NCBI RefSeq assembly: GCF_048006345.1
Contig: NZ_CP180351.1
Span: 3,577,075 to 3,641,074 of the forward strand
DNA length: 64,000 bases
From: Marivita sp.
GTDB lineage: Bacteria > Pseudomonadota > Alphaproteobacteria > Rhodobacterales > Rhodobacteraceae
Direction of reading: 5' to 3'
A model generated the notes under the pieces. The model had not been told where the DNA came from. It did no database searches and saw only the letters and a program-made list of their open reading frames with translations. The position numbers and the translations under genes are program-made. Shown in pieces: positions 9,878 through 19,933 of the stretch (position 1 is its first letter; the number at the start of each line of letters is the position of its first letter).

Positions 9878-10432
9878 TCAGCTGGGAATGTTGACCGGGG
9901 TAAACCCGGTTTCATTCGGGGCGCCGAGCACAAGGTTCCACCAGATTTTACCGTTCTCTTCCTGGAACCACGAAAAGCCCAATTCGCGTGCAGATGGGTC
10001 AAGGATAACCGTGCGTGTGTTTGGTGCTTCCATCCACGCGCCCAGAGTTTCCAGTTCCGTCTCGTAGGTTTCCGAGATCGCTTCTCCGACCAAACGCCCC
10101 GAATACCCGGCACGCTGGATGCGTGTGATGGGCGAAGACCCGTCTGAACCGAAGTGCCAAGGGCGATTCTGCACGCTCATGTCGCGTGCATGGGTGGCTG
10201 CGGCCGCGTTTAGCTGCGCGTTCAGCTCCAGCGCAGGGGCACCGGATGCCTGACGCAACGCGTTGATCGCGTCCAGCATGCGGAACTGGATACGTCCCGT
10301 GTCAGCGGCCCGGATGCGATAAACCTTGGGAAGGGGCTTGCCATCCGCACCAAGCGTCGGCGGGGGCGGTGCGCCTGCGCAGGCAGACAATGCCAAAGCT
10401 GCTGCACCCAAAAGAAATGTCGAACGCTTCAT
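9878..10432 (-). CDS. CAP/SCP (PR-1-like, YkwD-type) domain lipoprotein
   Basis: Signal plus lipobox MKRSTFLLGAAALALSACAG; CAP-domain-like body; start moved to ATG 10432. Confidence 0.7.
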   Translation of the reverse strand: MKRSTFLLGAAALALSACAGAPPPPTLGADGKPLPKVYRIRAADTGRIQFRMLDAINALRQASGAPALELNAQLNAAAATHARDMSVQNRPWHFGSDGSSPITRIQRAGYSGRLVGEAISETYETELETLGAWMEAPNTRTVILDPSARELGFSWFQEENGKIWWNLVLGAPNETGFTPVNIPS

Positions 10433-10603
10433 GATCAGCCCCAAGTTTGGTCGTATCCGGGCTTATCCTCTGTCTTGGGTGGGAGCAAACACACAAAGCC
10501 GAGATTTGCCGATATGACATTCCTTTGAATTGCGACTGAGGCATTCACGCAATATAGATGTCAGGTAGCTTTCATATTTTTTTGCAGACGAAGAGGCCAT
10601 GAA

Positions 10604-11203
10604 ATGGCAAATAATCCGCGTTTTCCCGTCAACAGACGCAGTTTCCTGGCAGGAACGGCCGCGCTTGTCGCGTCGCCTGCCTTGGCACAGAACGTGAACG
10701 ATGGATCCACCGTCGAGATGGAGCGCGATCTGTCGCAGGTCGTCCGCCGCAACATTTCGAGTTTCCGCACGCTCGACTGGCGCCCCTATTTCACGAACCT
10801 GACCAACGGCGCCATCCTCGTGGATATCGATTCGCGGGCGCTTCACTACTGGGAAGAGAACGGAAATTACCGACTGTACCCGTCTTCCGTGCCATTGACC
10901 GAAGACCTGACACGTCGTGGTCGCACGCAGATCGTGCTCAAAGATCCTGAGCCAGATTGGCGTCCGACCCCGTCGATGAAAATCCGCAATCCGGAATGGC
11001 CCGATTACGTGCCGCCGGGCCCGGACAACCCCCTTGGTACCCGCGCCCTGCACCTGAGCTGGACGTATTATCGCATTCACGGGACCCATGACACACGCAA
11101 GATCGGGCGACGATCTTCGAACGGATGCATCGGTCTTTACAACGAGCATATCGAAGAACTTTACGAACTGGCGAATGTTGGCACGCAGGTGTTGCTAATT
11201 TGA
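10604..11203 (+). CDS. L,D-transpeptidase (YkuD domain), Tat-exported
   Basis: Twin-arginine signal NRRSFLAGTAALVASPALA; catalytic RIHGTHD ... SNGCIGL. Confidence 0.85.
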   Translation: MANNPRFPVNRRSFLAGTAALVASPALAQNVNDGSTVEMERDLSQVVRRNISSFRTLDWRPYFTNLTNGAILVDIDSRALHYWEENGNYRLYPSSVPLTEDLTRRGRTQIVLKDPEPDWRPTPSMKIRNPEWPDYVPPGPDNPLGTRALHLSWTYYRIHGTHDTRKIGRRSSNGCIGLYNEHIEELYELANVGTQVLLI

Positions 11204-11350
11204 CGACATAGCGGCGGAGCGGGAAAGTCGTGCGATAAGATAGGTTTGCATTTGGCACGATATACTGGTTAGAGAGTCTTACGAGGTAAGTCTTGGGTGC
11301 CTGTCGTGTGATGCTATTGCGCGCCGACATGCAAATATCTGGAGGTTAAC

Positions 11351-11542
11351 ATGAAGAAACTCGTTCTCGCCGCCGCGTTCGCTGGTGCTGCTTCGACAGC
11401 AATGGCCGGTTCTTACGCAAAAGACGACGTGATGATGGAGCCGGTCGTTGTGGTTGAAGAAGCCGCAGCAAGCTCCTCGTCCGCAGCCATCATCATCCCG
11501 CTGGTGCTGATCGCACTGCTGGCTGCTGCTGCTGCTGACTAA
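11351..11542 (+). CDS. Small hypothetical protein (63 aa) with signal peptide and C-terminal hydrophobic anchor
   Basis: GGAGG 6 nt upstream of ATG; MKKLVLAAAFAGAASTAMA signal, acidic/Ser-rich linker, IIIPLVLIALLAAAAAD tail; strong terminator follows. Confidence 0.6.
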   Translation: MKKLVLAAAFAGAASTAMAGSYAKDDVMMEPVVVVEEAAASSSSAAIIIPLVLIALLAAAAAD

Positions 11543-11569
11543 TCCACGGCGGATTGGACTAACGAAAAA

Positions 11570-11597
11570 GGCGGTGCCAATGCACCGCCTTTTTTGT
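11570..11597. terminator. Bidirectional rho-independent terminator (small ORF on +, hemH on -)
   Basis: GGCGGTG-loop-CACCGCC hairpin flanked by an A-run upstream and a T-run downstream. Confidence 0.75.
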
Positions 11598-11620
11598 TTC
11601 TGACGGTGGCACAGGCCCGG

Positions 11621-12685
11621 TCAATCGAGCCAGCCGTTGAGGTTCTCTTCGATCACCGCCGACAGCGCTGCGATGTGCGCATCGTCGTCGTTGAGGCAGG
11701 GAATGTAGGTGAAATGCTCACCACCGGCCTCTTCAAAGCTTTCCTTGATCTCTTCGTTGATCTCTTCCAGCGTTTCGATGCAATCGGCTGAAAACGCAGG
11801 CGCGCAGACCGCAATGTTCTTTTTGCCGTCTTCCTCGGCAAGGCGCGCGACCTCTTCCACGGTATAGGGCTTGAGCCATTCTTCGGGGCCGAATTTCGAT
11901 TGGAAGGTCGTCATGATCTCGGAGTCTTCCCAGCCCAGCCGCTCTTTCAAAAGGCGCGTCGTTTTCTGGCACTGACAATGGTAAGGATCGCCTTCCATCA
12001 GATAGCGCTTTGGCACACCGTGATATGAGCAGACGAGGATATCGGGGCGTTTCTCGAGCTTGGCATAGGCGCGTTCGATGGATTGCGCCAAAGCTTCGAT
12101 ATACATCGGATGCTGGTAATAGGGATCGACGGTCCGCACCGTGGGTTGCCACTTTTCATCCATCAGCGCGCGGAAGAACTGGTCATTCGCGGTCGCAGAT
12201 GTAGCCCCGGCGTAATGCGGGTACAGCGGGAAGAACAGGATCTTGCGGCAACCGGCCTCGACCATTGCGCGGACCTTGGATTTGGTCGACGGGTTGCCAT
12301 ACCGCATGCAGAAATCGACCATGACCTGATCGCCATACCTGTCCTGCATCGCCTTGGTGATCTTGGCGGTCTGATCCTTCGTGATCGTCATCAGCGGACT
12401 TTCGCCCTGATCTTCGTTCCAGATCGACTTGTACGCCTCACCCGAGCTGAAGGGACGTTTGGTGAGGATGATCAATTGCAACAGCGGCTGCCAGAGCCAG
12501 GGGCTGTAGTCGATGACGCGGCGGTCCGACAGAAACTCGTTCAGGTAGCGGCGCATTGGCCAGTACGTGTAGTGGTCTGGTGTGCCAAGATTGGCCAGAA
12601 GCACGCCAACCCGCTCTGCCGATACCTTCGGGTGATCGGTCGGGGCGTGAATCGGGCGTTGAGCTGTTTTCGTTGCGTCCAACAT
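11621..12685 (-). CDS. hemH: Ferrochelatase
   Basis: Full-length match to the remembered ferrochelatase pattern (GVLLANLGTPD N-terminus, YPHYAGATS, length 354 aa). Confidence 0.9.
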   Translation of the reverse strand: MLDATKTAQRPIHAPTDHPKVSAERVGVLLANLGTPDHYTYWPMRRYLNEFLSDRRVIDYSPWLWQPLLQLIILTKRPFSSGEAYKSIWNEDQGESPLMTITKDQTAKITKAMQDRYGDQVMVDFCMRYGNPSTKSKVRAMVEAGCRKILFFPLYPHYAGATSATANDQFFRALMDEKWQPTVRTVDPYYQHPMYIEALAQSIERAYAKLEKRPDILVCSYHGVPKRYLMEGDPYHCQCQKTTRLLKERLGWEDSEIMTTFQSKFGPEEWLKPYTVEEVARLAEEDGKKNIAVCAPAFSADCIETLEEINEEIKESFEEAGGEHFTYIPCLNDDDAHIAALSAVIEENLNGWLD

Positions 12686-12740
12686 CGGGCCGGCATCCTA
12701 TTCTTCGTTTAGCGGCTAACTAACCTCTATCTGGGTCAGG

Positions 12741-13562
12741 TCAATCTTTGAGCGGCGTTTCGACCGTGTTGAGCACGTCTGCGAGCCTTTGGGCGGCAGA
12801 TCCTGGGCGCAATGGCTGCGGTTGCGACGAATCGGGCGCCCATCCTGTGAGTGTGATCAGCTCAAAGGTTGCAATAATCCTGCCAGTTTCGTCGGCATAT
12901 GAGTCTGCATACAGTTCCATCGCGCGCTGAATGACCGACCGGCGGGTCGACATCCTGATCCGCGTGGACAAGGCATTTGTTTCCCCCATGGCACGCAGGT
13001 CGTGCATCAGATGCAGCGGCGTTGCATAGCTTGTCTTGAGCACGGCGCTGTCGGCCACTGGCAACGCCAAGCCAGCGCGTTGCAGGAGAGCGCCCAGATC
13101 GCGGATTTCACCCATCGGCGAAATCCGCGGAGACAGTCCTCCGGTCACCTCGATCTCGGCTTGTCCCAGGGCGGCGCGCAATTCGTGCAGAGTCTGACCG
13201 CCAAGCGCCACGACCAAGAGCAAACCGTCCGGCTTCAACGCGCGGCGACACTGGATCAGCTGCCCCACAGGATCGTTCGCCCAGTGGAGCGCCATGGCGT
13301 GCACGATCAGGTCGTGGGTGTTCTCGGTCAGGTCCAAAATGTCATCGTCGGGCACGATGCGGGCTGTTTGCCAGTGGGGCTGCCAGATTTCGGGGAACGG
13401 GGTCACAATGGTCGGAGCCGTAAAGGACTTGTTAACCAAAGCGATGCGATCTTGCACGTCGGCCAATGCCTCTTCATGCAGAAAAACCGCTGGATTGAAC
13501 CGGGCGCGGTTGCGGTGCTTGGCCAGGGCAAGCCGATCAAAAAGGGCAGGAGTTTCGGACAT
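12741..13562 (-). CDS. Class I SAM-dependent methyltransferase (BioC/NDUFAF5-like)
   Basis: Methyltransferase-fold segments (LHWANDPVGQL, LKPDGLLLV); start moved to ATG 13562 (MSETPALF), removing an Arg-rich extension. Confidence 0.65.
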   Translation of the reverse strand: MSETPALFDRLALAKHRNRARFNPAVFLHEEALADVQDRIALVNKSFTAPTIVTPFPEIWQPHWQTARIVPDDDILDLTENTHDLIVHAMALHWANDPVGQLIQCRRALKPDGLLLVVALGGQTLHELRAALGQAEIEVTGGLSPRISPMGEIRDLGALLQRAGLALPVADSAVLKTSYATPLHLMHDLRAMGETNALSTRIRMSTRRSVIQRAMELYADSYADETGRIIATFELITLTGWAPDSSQPQPLRPGSAAQRLADVLNTVETPLKD

Positions 13563-13576
13563 GAGCGGCAGATAGG

Positions 13577-14305
13577 ATGCTGCGGGCAGGATTGCAAACG
13601 GCGCTGCGCATGATTTACCCGCCGCAATGCCTCGGATGTGGTGGCCTTGTCGCTCAGGACAACGGAATTTGCGCCGCCTGTTTTGCCGAGACACCGTTCA
13701 TCACCGGGCTCGTCTGCGATCTGTGTGGCATCGCACTCCCCGGCCAATCGGATATTGCTGTGCATTGCGACGATTGTCTGTCTCTAGGCCGCCCTTGGAC
13801 GCGAGGACGCGCTCCTTTGCGATACGAAGGCGTGGCGCGCAGGCTTGTGCTTGGACTCAAACACGGGGACCGGCATGAAATTGTCGACATGGCGGCAGAT
13901 TGGATGGTTGCGGCGTGCCCGCCTGACATGCCGAAAGACACGCTTGTCATGCCTGTTCCTCTGCATCTTTTTCGGCTGCTTTCGCGACGCTACAACCAGT
14001 CTGCGCTGTTGGCTCAAGCGGTTGCAGAACGGCTGGAGCTTGAATTCGACCCAAATGTCTTGCTCCGGACCCGGCGTACGGCATCGCTTGATGGCAAGTC
14101 GCGCGATGCGCGTTTTGCGGAAGTTTCCGATGCAATCTCGGTCAACACGAAATACGCGCAAAGCCTGCAGGGACGCCCGATCCTGCTTATTGATGATGTG
14201 ATGACGTCCGGTGCAACGCTGGCTGCCTGTGCTACCGCCTGTCAAAGCGCACAGTGCAGAGAGATTTATGTCACGGTTCTGGCGCGCGTTGCAAAGGCGG
14301 CTTAA
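13577..14305 (+). CDS. ComF-family phosphoribosyltransferase-domain protein
   Basis: N-terminal Cys4 (CLGCG ... CAAC ... CDLCG ... CDDC) and PRTase loop ILLIDDVMTSGATL. Confidence 0.8.
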   Translation: MLRAGLQTALRMIYPPQCLGCGGLVAQDNGICAACFAETPFITGLVCDLCGIALPGQSDIAVHCDDCLSLGRPWTRGRAPLRYEGVARRLVLGLKHGDRHEIVDMAADWMVAACPPDMPKDTLVMPVPLHLFRLLSRRYNQSALLAQAVAERLELEFDPNVLLRTRRTASLDGKSRDARFAEVSDAISVNTKYAQSLQGRPILLIDDVMTSGATLAACATACQSAQCREIYVTVLARVAKAA

Positions 14306-14335
14306 ATCCCTGACAGTCAGTCAAGGGGATACGCC

Positions 14336-14593
14336 ATGCCACAGATCGAAATCTACACCTCGCCGCTCTGCGGATTCTGCCACGCCGCAAAACGTTTGCT
14401 GACCCAGAAGGGCGCGACGTTCACCGAAATCGATGTGCTGGCCAACCCGGACCGCAAGCCCGAGATGATCCAGCGCGCCAATGGCGGGCGGACTGTGCCG
14501 CAGATCTTCATCGGCGACACCCATGTCGGCGGGTGTGATGACCTTTACGCCTTGGACCGGGCGGGCAAGCTTGATCCGCTTCTGGCGGCCTGA
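14336..14593 (+). CDS. grxC: Glutaredoxin 3
   Basis: 85 aa, active site CGFC, TVPQIFI and GGCDD motifs. Confidence 0.9.
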   Translation: MPQIEIYTSPLCGFCHAAKRLLTQKGATFTEIDVLANPDRKPEMIQRANGGRTVPQIFIGDTHVGGCDDLYALDRAGKLDPLLAA

Positions 14594-14598
14594 TCGTC

Positions 14599-15429
14599 AT
14601 GCGCGCAGCTTTGCTTCAACTGACCTCGTCGGATGACCCTTTGGCCAATCTGCGGGTCACTTCGGGTTTAGTACGAGAGGCAGCCGCCGAGGGCGCAAGT
14701 TTCATTCTTACCCCCGAAGTCACCAACTGCATCAGCAACAGCCGCAGTCATCAGCGCAGTGTGCTTGTCGGTCAGGATGACGACCCGACGCTGGCCGGAC
14801 TGCGGGACGAAGCGGCACGTTTGGGTGTCTGGATTCTCATCGGTTCTTTGGCGCTCAGGGCAGAACCGCCTGAAGAGCGGTTCGCGAACCGGTCCTTTCT
14901 GATCGCTCCCGATGGATCGATTGCTGCGCAGTACGACAAGCTGCACATGTTCGATGTGCAGGTGACCGAAACCGAGACATTCCGGGAATCCGCCGGGTTC
15001 GCGCCCGGCAACCGCGCCGTTCTGGCAGAAACACCCTTTGGAAATGTCGGCCTGACCGTCTGCTATGACGTGCGCTTTCCCTATCTGCACCGTGCCTTGG
15101 CGCAAGCAGGAGCTGACATCCTGACGGTGCCCGCTGCGTTTTCGCCGGCAACCGGACCGATGCATTGGGAACCACTCCTCCGCGCCCGTGCCATTGAAAC
15201 CGGCTGTTTTGTTCTGGCCCCGGCGCAGGTTGGGCAGCATGTGGTCAGCATAGGCAAACCGCGCACAACACATGGGCATTCCCTTGTCGTTTCGCCGTGG
15301 GGTGAGGTTTTGTTGGATGCGGGTCAGCAACCGGGGGTGCATCTTGTTGACCTCGATATGTCGCACGTGGCACAAGCTCGGCATAAAGTTCCGTCTTTAC
15401 AGCATGATAGAGAATTCTCTGGCCCTTGA
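14599..15429 (+). CDS. Carbon-nitrogen hydrolase (nitrilase superfamily) protein
   Basis: Catalytic-Cys segment GLTVCYDVRFP plus upstream E and K blocks typical of the family. Confidence 0.8.
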   Translation: MRAALLQLTSSDDPLANLRVTSGLVREAAAEGASFILTPEVTNCISNSRSHQRSVLVGQDDDPTLAGLRDEAARLGVWILIGSLALRAEPPEERFANRSFLIAPDGSIAAQYDKLHMFDVQVTETETFRESAGFAPGNRAVLAETPFGNVGLTVCYDVRFPYLHRALAQAGADILTVPAAFSPATGPMHWEPLLRARAIETGCFVLAPAQVGQHVVSIGKPRTTHGHSLVVSPWGEVLLDAGQQPGVHLVDLDMSHVAQARHKVPSLQHDREFSGP

Positions 15430-15878
15430 TGACTGACAGCAGTCCCCTTGCCATTTCGCTTTTCAGCGAATTGCTGACCGCAGATCAATTGCTGCGGAAC
15501 CGCCTGACGCGCGTGTTGCCGAACAAGATGGAGATCTCGCATTTCTCGGTTCTGAACCAGTTGGCGCGGGGCGGGTCCGAAAAGACACCAGCACAACTGG
15601 CTAAGGCGTTTCACGTCACCCGTGGCGCAATGACGAACACCCTGAGCAAGCTTGAGGTGTCAGGATATGTGCATATTCGGCCCGATTGGGACGATGCGCG
15701 TCGCAAGCAGGTGTCGATCAGCCCCGCCGGTCTGGCAGCGCGGGATGCCGCGATTGCGGCGATCACGCCGTTGATCAACGAGATGGTTCAGGAGTTGGGC
15801 GAGACCAAGGTTCGCGCGGCGATCCCTGTTCTCAGGGAGTTGCGGGTGAAGCTGGAAGAGCCTGACAGCCGGGGGTGA
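15429..15878 (+). CDS. MarR-family transcriptional regulator
   Basis: Winged-helix region ISHFSVLNQLARGG ... LAKAFHVTRGAMTNTLSKLEVSGYV; ATG overlaps upstream stop (TGATG). Confidence 0.8.
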   Translation: MTDSSPLAISLFSELLTADQLLRNRLTRVLPNKMEISHFSVLNQLARGGSEKTPAQLAKAFHVTRGAMTNTLSKLEVSGYVHIRPDWDDARRKQVSISPAGLAARDAAIAAITPLINEMVQELGETKVRAAIPVLRELRVKLEEPDSRG

Positions 15879-15890
15879 TCCCTGCCCGGA

Positions 15891-16649
15891 TTAGGCTGGT
15901 TTCACCGCCGCGGTCACATAGTTCACGCTCAGGTCGCGGTCAGAAAGGCTCCATTTCCATGACACGGGATTGAACTGAAACCCTTTGCGATCCACCGGAT
16001 CAAGGCCCGCCTGCCGGAGCAGCCCGTACAATTCGTCCGGTGTGATGAACTTGGCCCAATCATGGGTGCCCTTTGGCAGCCACCGCATGATAAATTCCGC
16101 CCCGACAATGGCGGCTGCAAAGCTTTTTGCGTTGCGATTGATCGTTGAGCACAGGTGCAATCCACCCGGTTTCAACAGGCGCTGACAGGCTGACAGAAAG
16201 CCAAGTGGATCGGCCACGTGTTCGATCACTTCCATGCTCAGAACGACATCAAATTGTTCACCCGCATCAGCCATCGCCTCGGCGGTGGTGTGGCGATAGT
16301 CGATCTCTAACCCGGATTGACTTGCATGCGCCTGCGCCACCGGAATGTTGCTACCGCCGGCATCGACTCCGACAACGGTCGCACCAAGACGCGCCATCGG
16401 TTCGCACAGAAGCCCTCCACCGCAGCCAATGTCGAGAAGGCGAAGGCCAGTGAAAGGGGATTTCTGCGACAAATCCCGATCAAATTCGGCTGCGATCTGT
16501 GCCGTCAGGTAATCAAGCCGCACAGGATTCATCATGTGGAGTGGCTTGAACTTGCCTTCTGGATCCCACCATTCGGCGGCCATCGCCTCGAACTTGGCAA
16601 TTTCAGATGGATCGACGGTTGTTGTGGCGGTCACAAGACTTTTCCCCAT
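15891..16649 (-). CDS. ubiG: Ubiquinone biosynthesis O-methyltransferase
   Basis: [12 protein letters not shown]-terminus, SAM motif [11 protein letters not shown]; start moved to ATG 16649 (252 aa), removing a 98-aa Arg/His-rich extension. Confidence 0.85.
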   Translation of the reverse strand: MGKSLVTATTTVDPSEIAKFEAMAAEWWDPEGKFKPLHMMNPVRLDYLTAQIAAEFDRDLSQKSPFTGLRLLDIGCGGGLLCEPMARLGATVVGVDAGGSNIPVAQAHASQSGLEIDYRHTTAEAMADAGEQFDVVLSMEVIEHVADPLGFLSACQRLLKPGGLHLCSTINRNAKSFAAAIVGAEFIMRWLPKGTHDWAKFITPDELYGLLRQAGLDPVDRKGFQFNPVSWKWSLSDRDLSVNYVTAAVKPA

Positions 16650-16684
16650 GGTCTTTTGGTATTTGCTGCCAATATAGATTGGGT

Positions 16685-17656
16685 ATGGATAAATTCCCGA
16701 GCCAAAAGCGCGCAGTGCAGTACCTTTATCCCCCCATCGACCCCTATGACCAGCGCATGCTGTCTGTGGGCGATGGGCACAGTGTCTATGTCGAACAATG
16801 TGGGGCGGAAAACGGGATTCCGGTGATCGTGCTGCATGGCGGCCCCGGCGGTGGATGCAGCCCGTCGATGCGGCGCTATTTCGATCCCAAGGTGTTTCGG
16901 GTTGTCCTGTTCGATCAGCGTGGCTGCGGCCGGTCGCGGCCACATGCCAGCGTGAACAATAACACGACGTGGGATCTGGTCGCCGATATCGAATTGATCC
17001 GCAAAACGCTTGGGATCGAGCAGTTCATCGTGTTTGGCGGCAGTTGGGGAGCCACGCTTGCGTTGATCTATGGCATCAGCCACCCGGATCGCGTCCGTCA
17101 GCTCGTGCTCCGTGGCGTTTTCACCATGACCAAGGCCGAGCTGGACTGGTTTTATGGCGGGGGTGCGGGGCAGTTCTGGCCGGAAACCTGGGCCCGATTC
17201 GTCGATATGATCCCCGAAGACGAACGAGATGATCTGATCGCGGCTTACCACCGTCGCCTCTTCTGTGGTGACCTCCGGACAGAGACCCGGTTTGCGCGGG
17301 CGTGGTCTGCCTGGGAGAACGCCCTGGCGTCGGTCTATTCCAGCGGTTCGGGGGGTGAGTCGCCCGGTGACTATGCACGGGCCTTTGCGCGACTCGAAAA
17401 CCATTACTTCATCAACAACGGTTTCCTCGAGGAAGACGGCTGGATTCTGAACAACATGGACCGCCTGTCAGGCATTCCCGGAGCCATCGTTCAAGGCCGT
17501 TACGACATGATCTGTCCGCCGGTTCGTGCCTGGGAGTTGGCGCGCGTTTGGCCCGAGTGCGACCTCCGGATGGTGCGCAATGCAGGTCATGCCCTGTCCG
17601 AACCCGGTATCAGTGCCGAGTTGGTTCGCATTATGGACGGAATCTCAACATCTTAG
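16685..17656 (+). CDS. pip: Prolyl aminopeptidase (proline iminopeptidase)
   Basis: [15 protein letters not shown], nucleophile elbow GGSWGATL; start moved to ATG 16685. Confidence 0.85.
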   Translation: MDKFPSQKRAVQYLYPPIDPYDQRMLSVGDGHSVYVEQCGAENGIPVIVLHGGPGGGCSPSMRRYFDPKVFRVVLFDQRGCGRSRPHASVNNNTTWDLVADIELIRKTLGIEQFIVFGGSWGATLALIYGISHPDRVRQLVLRGVFTMTKAELDWFYGGGAGQFWPETWARFVDMIPEDERDDLIAAYHRRLFCGDLRTETRFARAWSAWENALASVYSSGSGGESPGDYARAFARLENHYFINNGFLEEDGWILNNMDRLSGIPGAIVQGRYDMICPPVRAWELARVWPECDLRMVRNAGHALSEPGISAELVRIMDGISTS

Positions 17657-17738
17657 CGTTTGATCGTTATTTGATGTTTACACGTGGCCCCCGGTTGTTA
17701 ACGTATGCAAACGACGGGAACCAAGGTTAAGCCACAAG

Positions 17739-18734
17739 TTGCACTCTGTTCTACGCATCATTCTTCAGCGGCTTGCGCTCGGGTTGCTTACGCTCTTCGT
17801 CGTATCCATCGTCATTTTCACAGCCGTCAACATGCTTCCGGGTGACTTTGCGCAGGCCATTCTGGGGCAGGGCGCCACGCCTGATGCGGTCGAGGCGATC
17901 CGGCGTGACCTCGGTCTCGATCAGCCGCCGATCACGCGCTATTTCGATTGGCTTGGAAAAGCCGTGCAGGGCGATCTGGGGAATTCCTTTGCGCAGGCGA
18001 ACTTCGCGAGCTTTGTCGGGGCCGACAGTGGGGTGCGCACCACGGTTGCGCAACAGATCGCGCCGCGCTTTGCCAACACAATGTTCCTTGCCGCGGTCAC
18101 GGCTTGCATCGCTGTTCCGGTGTCACTGGTTCTTGGCATTCTGGCCGCGTTGTTTCGCAATTCCGTGTTTGACCGTGCGACCAACATCACAACTTTGACC
18201 TCGATTTCATCTCCCGAGTTCTTTTTGGCCTATGTGCTGATCCTGTTCCTCGCGGTGCTGAACCCGGTCCTTCCATCACTGTCCAACATCTTCGAGGGCA
18301 TGTCATTTGGCGAGCGGTTGGAAAAAACGCTGCTGCCTGCGCTGACGCTCACTCTCGTCGTGACGGCGCACATGATGCGGATGACGCGCGCCGCGATCAT
18401 CAACCTTCTCGCGTCGCCCTACATCGAAATGGCGCGGCTCAAGGGCATGTCGCCCATGCGGGTGATCGTGAAACATGCGTTGCCGAACGCGCTTGCCCCG
18501 ATCATCAACGTGGTGGCGTTGAACCTGGCGTACCTGATCACAGGTGTGGTCGTTGTCGAGGTGGTGTTTGTCTATCCCGGTATCGGGCAGCTGTTCGTGG
18601 ACAGCGTAAAGATCCGTGACATCCCGGTGGTGCAGGCCTGCTGCCTGATCTTTGCTGCCGCCTACATCTTGCTGAACCTGACAGCGGACATCATGTCGAT
18701 TCTGTCCAACCCGCGTCTGAGGCATCCGAAATGA
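17739..18734 (+). CDS. ABC transporter permease, peptide/nickel (DppB/OppB-like)
   Basis: N-terminal LRIILQRL pattern and EAA-like loop YIEMARLKGMS; TTG start uncertain. Confidence 0.8.
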   Translation: MHSVLRIILQRLALGLLTLFVVSIVIFTAVNMLPGDFAQAILGQGATPDAVEAIRRDLGLDQPPITRYFDWLGKAVQGDLGNSFAQANFASFVGADSGVRTTVAQQIAPRFANTMFLAAVTACIAVPVSLVLGILAALFRNSVFDRATNITTLTSISSPEFFLAYVLILFLAVLNPVLPSLSNIFEGMSFGERLEKTLLPALTLTLVVTAHMMRMTRAAIINLLASPYIEMARLKGMSPMRVIVKHALPNALAPIINVVALNLAYLITGVVVVEVVFVYPGIGQLFVDSVKIRDIPVVQACCLIFAAAYILLNLTADIMSILSNPRLRHPK

Positions 18735-19933
18735 GCACGCTGCTGACATTGGCCCTGATCTTATTGGGCGTCGCGGCGGGCGGCTGGTTGCTGCGCTTTG
18801 CTGGGCAAAAGGCCACTGGGAATGCACCTACTTTCCGGGACATGCCTTTTGCGGTCGCTTTCGGCTATGTGCTTGGTGCGTGCCTTTTGGTGTTTTCCGT
18901 CTGGTATTTCTTTCAGCCGACCCAGAACGAGGCAGGAATTCCGAATGCCGGTGTTGTGTTCTTCAGATGGGCGGTTCAGTTCTTTATTGTCTCCGCGATT
19001 GCAGCCTACCTCTTCCGCGCTCTGGGTCGGACCGTGGGCACACGTGGCAGCAAGAAGCTGTTCCGGCAGATGCCGCTGACCGCCAGCTTTGGTGTGCTGG
19101 TGGTGATCCTCTATGCCTTCACCGCGATTTTTGCTGCGTGGTTGGCCCCGCATGGGCAAGAGGCTGTGTTTGCCAAGGTGAACGTCCTGCCAGGAGGGAA
19201 TGCGGCCACGGGCGGTGATCCGCTGTTTCCGCTGGGCACGGACCAGATCGGGCGTGATCTGCTGAGCCGTTTGATCTACGGCGCGCAGAACACGGTTGGC
19301 ATTGCATTTGTCACGACGTGCCTTGCGTTTTTCATCGGCGGAACACTTGGGTTTTTGGCGGCAACGCTGCAAGGCTGGCTTGATCAGGTTCTCAGCCGTG
19401 CCGTGGACGTTCTGATGGCGATCCCGTCGCTGATCTTTGCGCTACTTCTTATGACGATCGCCAGTGCTTGGGCCGGGTCAGAGCGGTGGCTGCTGACGGT
19501 CTACATGATCCTCATCATCGCGTTGATCGACAGCACACGTGTTTTCCGATTGGCGCGTGCGGTGGGTCTGAACATCGTTGTGATGGACTATATCGAAGCG
19601 GCAAAGTTGCGCGGCGAAGGTTTGGGTTATCTGATCTTCAAGGAAATCCTGCCGAATGCGACCGCGCCATTGCTCGCCGAATTCGGCCTGCGGTTCTGCT
19701 TTGTGTTCCTGACGATTGCTTCTCTGTCCTTCCTTGGTGTGGGCATTCAGCCGCCGCTGGCGGACTGGGGCACGATGGTGCGCGACTCGGCGCAGTTCAT
19801 CAACTTTGCGGCGTTCTCGCCGCTGACCGCTGCGCTGCCGCTGTTGGCGGCCGGGGCCATCGCGTTGCTGACGGTGGGCGTCAACTTCGTAGTGGACTGG
19901 ATGCTGCACAGAAGCTCGGGGTTGAAGGAATGA
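18731..19933 (+). CDS. ABC transporter permease (DppC/OppC-like) with about 110-aa N-terminal extension
   Basis: C-terminal 290 aa resemble DppC (GTDQIGRDLLSRLIYG, YIEAAKLRGEG); extension has three extra hydrophobic helices; ATGA overlap with upstream gene. Confidence 0.8.
   Translation: MSTLLTLALILLGVAAGGWLLRFAGQKATGNAPTFRDMPFAVAFGYVLGACLLVFSVWYFFQPTQNEAGIPNAGVVFFRWAVQFFIVSAIAAYLFRALGRTVGTRGSKKLFRQMPLTASFGVLVVILYAFTAIFAAWLAPHGQEAVFAKVNVLPGGNAATGGDPLFPLGTDQIGRDLLSRLIYGAQNTVGIAFVTTCLAFFIGGTLGFLAATLQGWLDQVLSRAVDVLMAIPSLIFALLLMTIASAWAGSERWLLTVYMILIIALIDSTRVFRLARAVGLNIVVMDYIEAAKLRGEGLGYLIFKEILPNATAPLLAEFGLRFCFVFLTIASLSFLGVGIQPPLADWGTMVRDSAQFINFAAFSPLTAALPLLAAGAIALLTVGVNFVVDWMLHRSSGLKE

Noticed and set aside
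11253-11268. TGGCAC upstream of the 63-aa ORF, resembling a sigma-54 -24 element
   Set aside because: The expected TTGC -12 element is absent at the required spacing; the sequence reads TGGCAC-GATAT-ACTGG.
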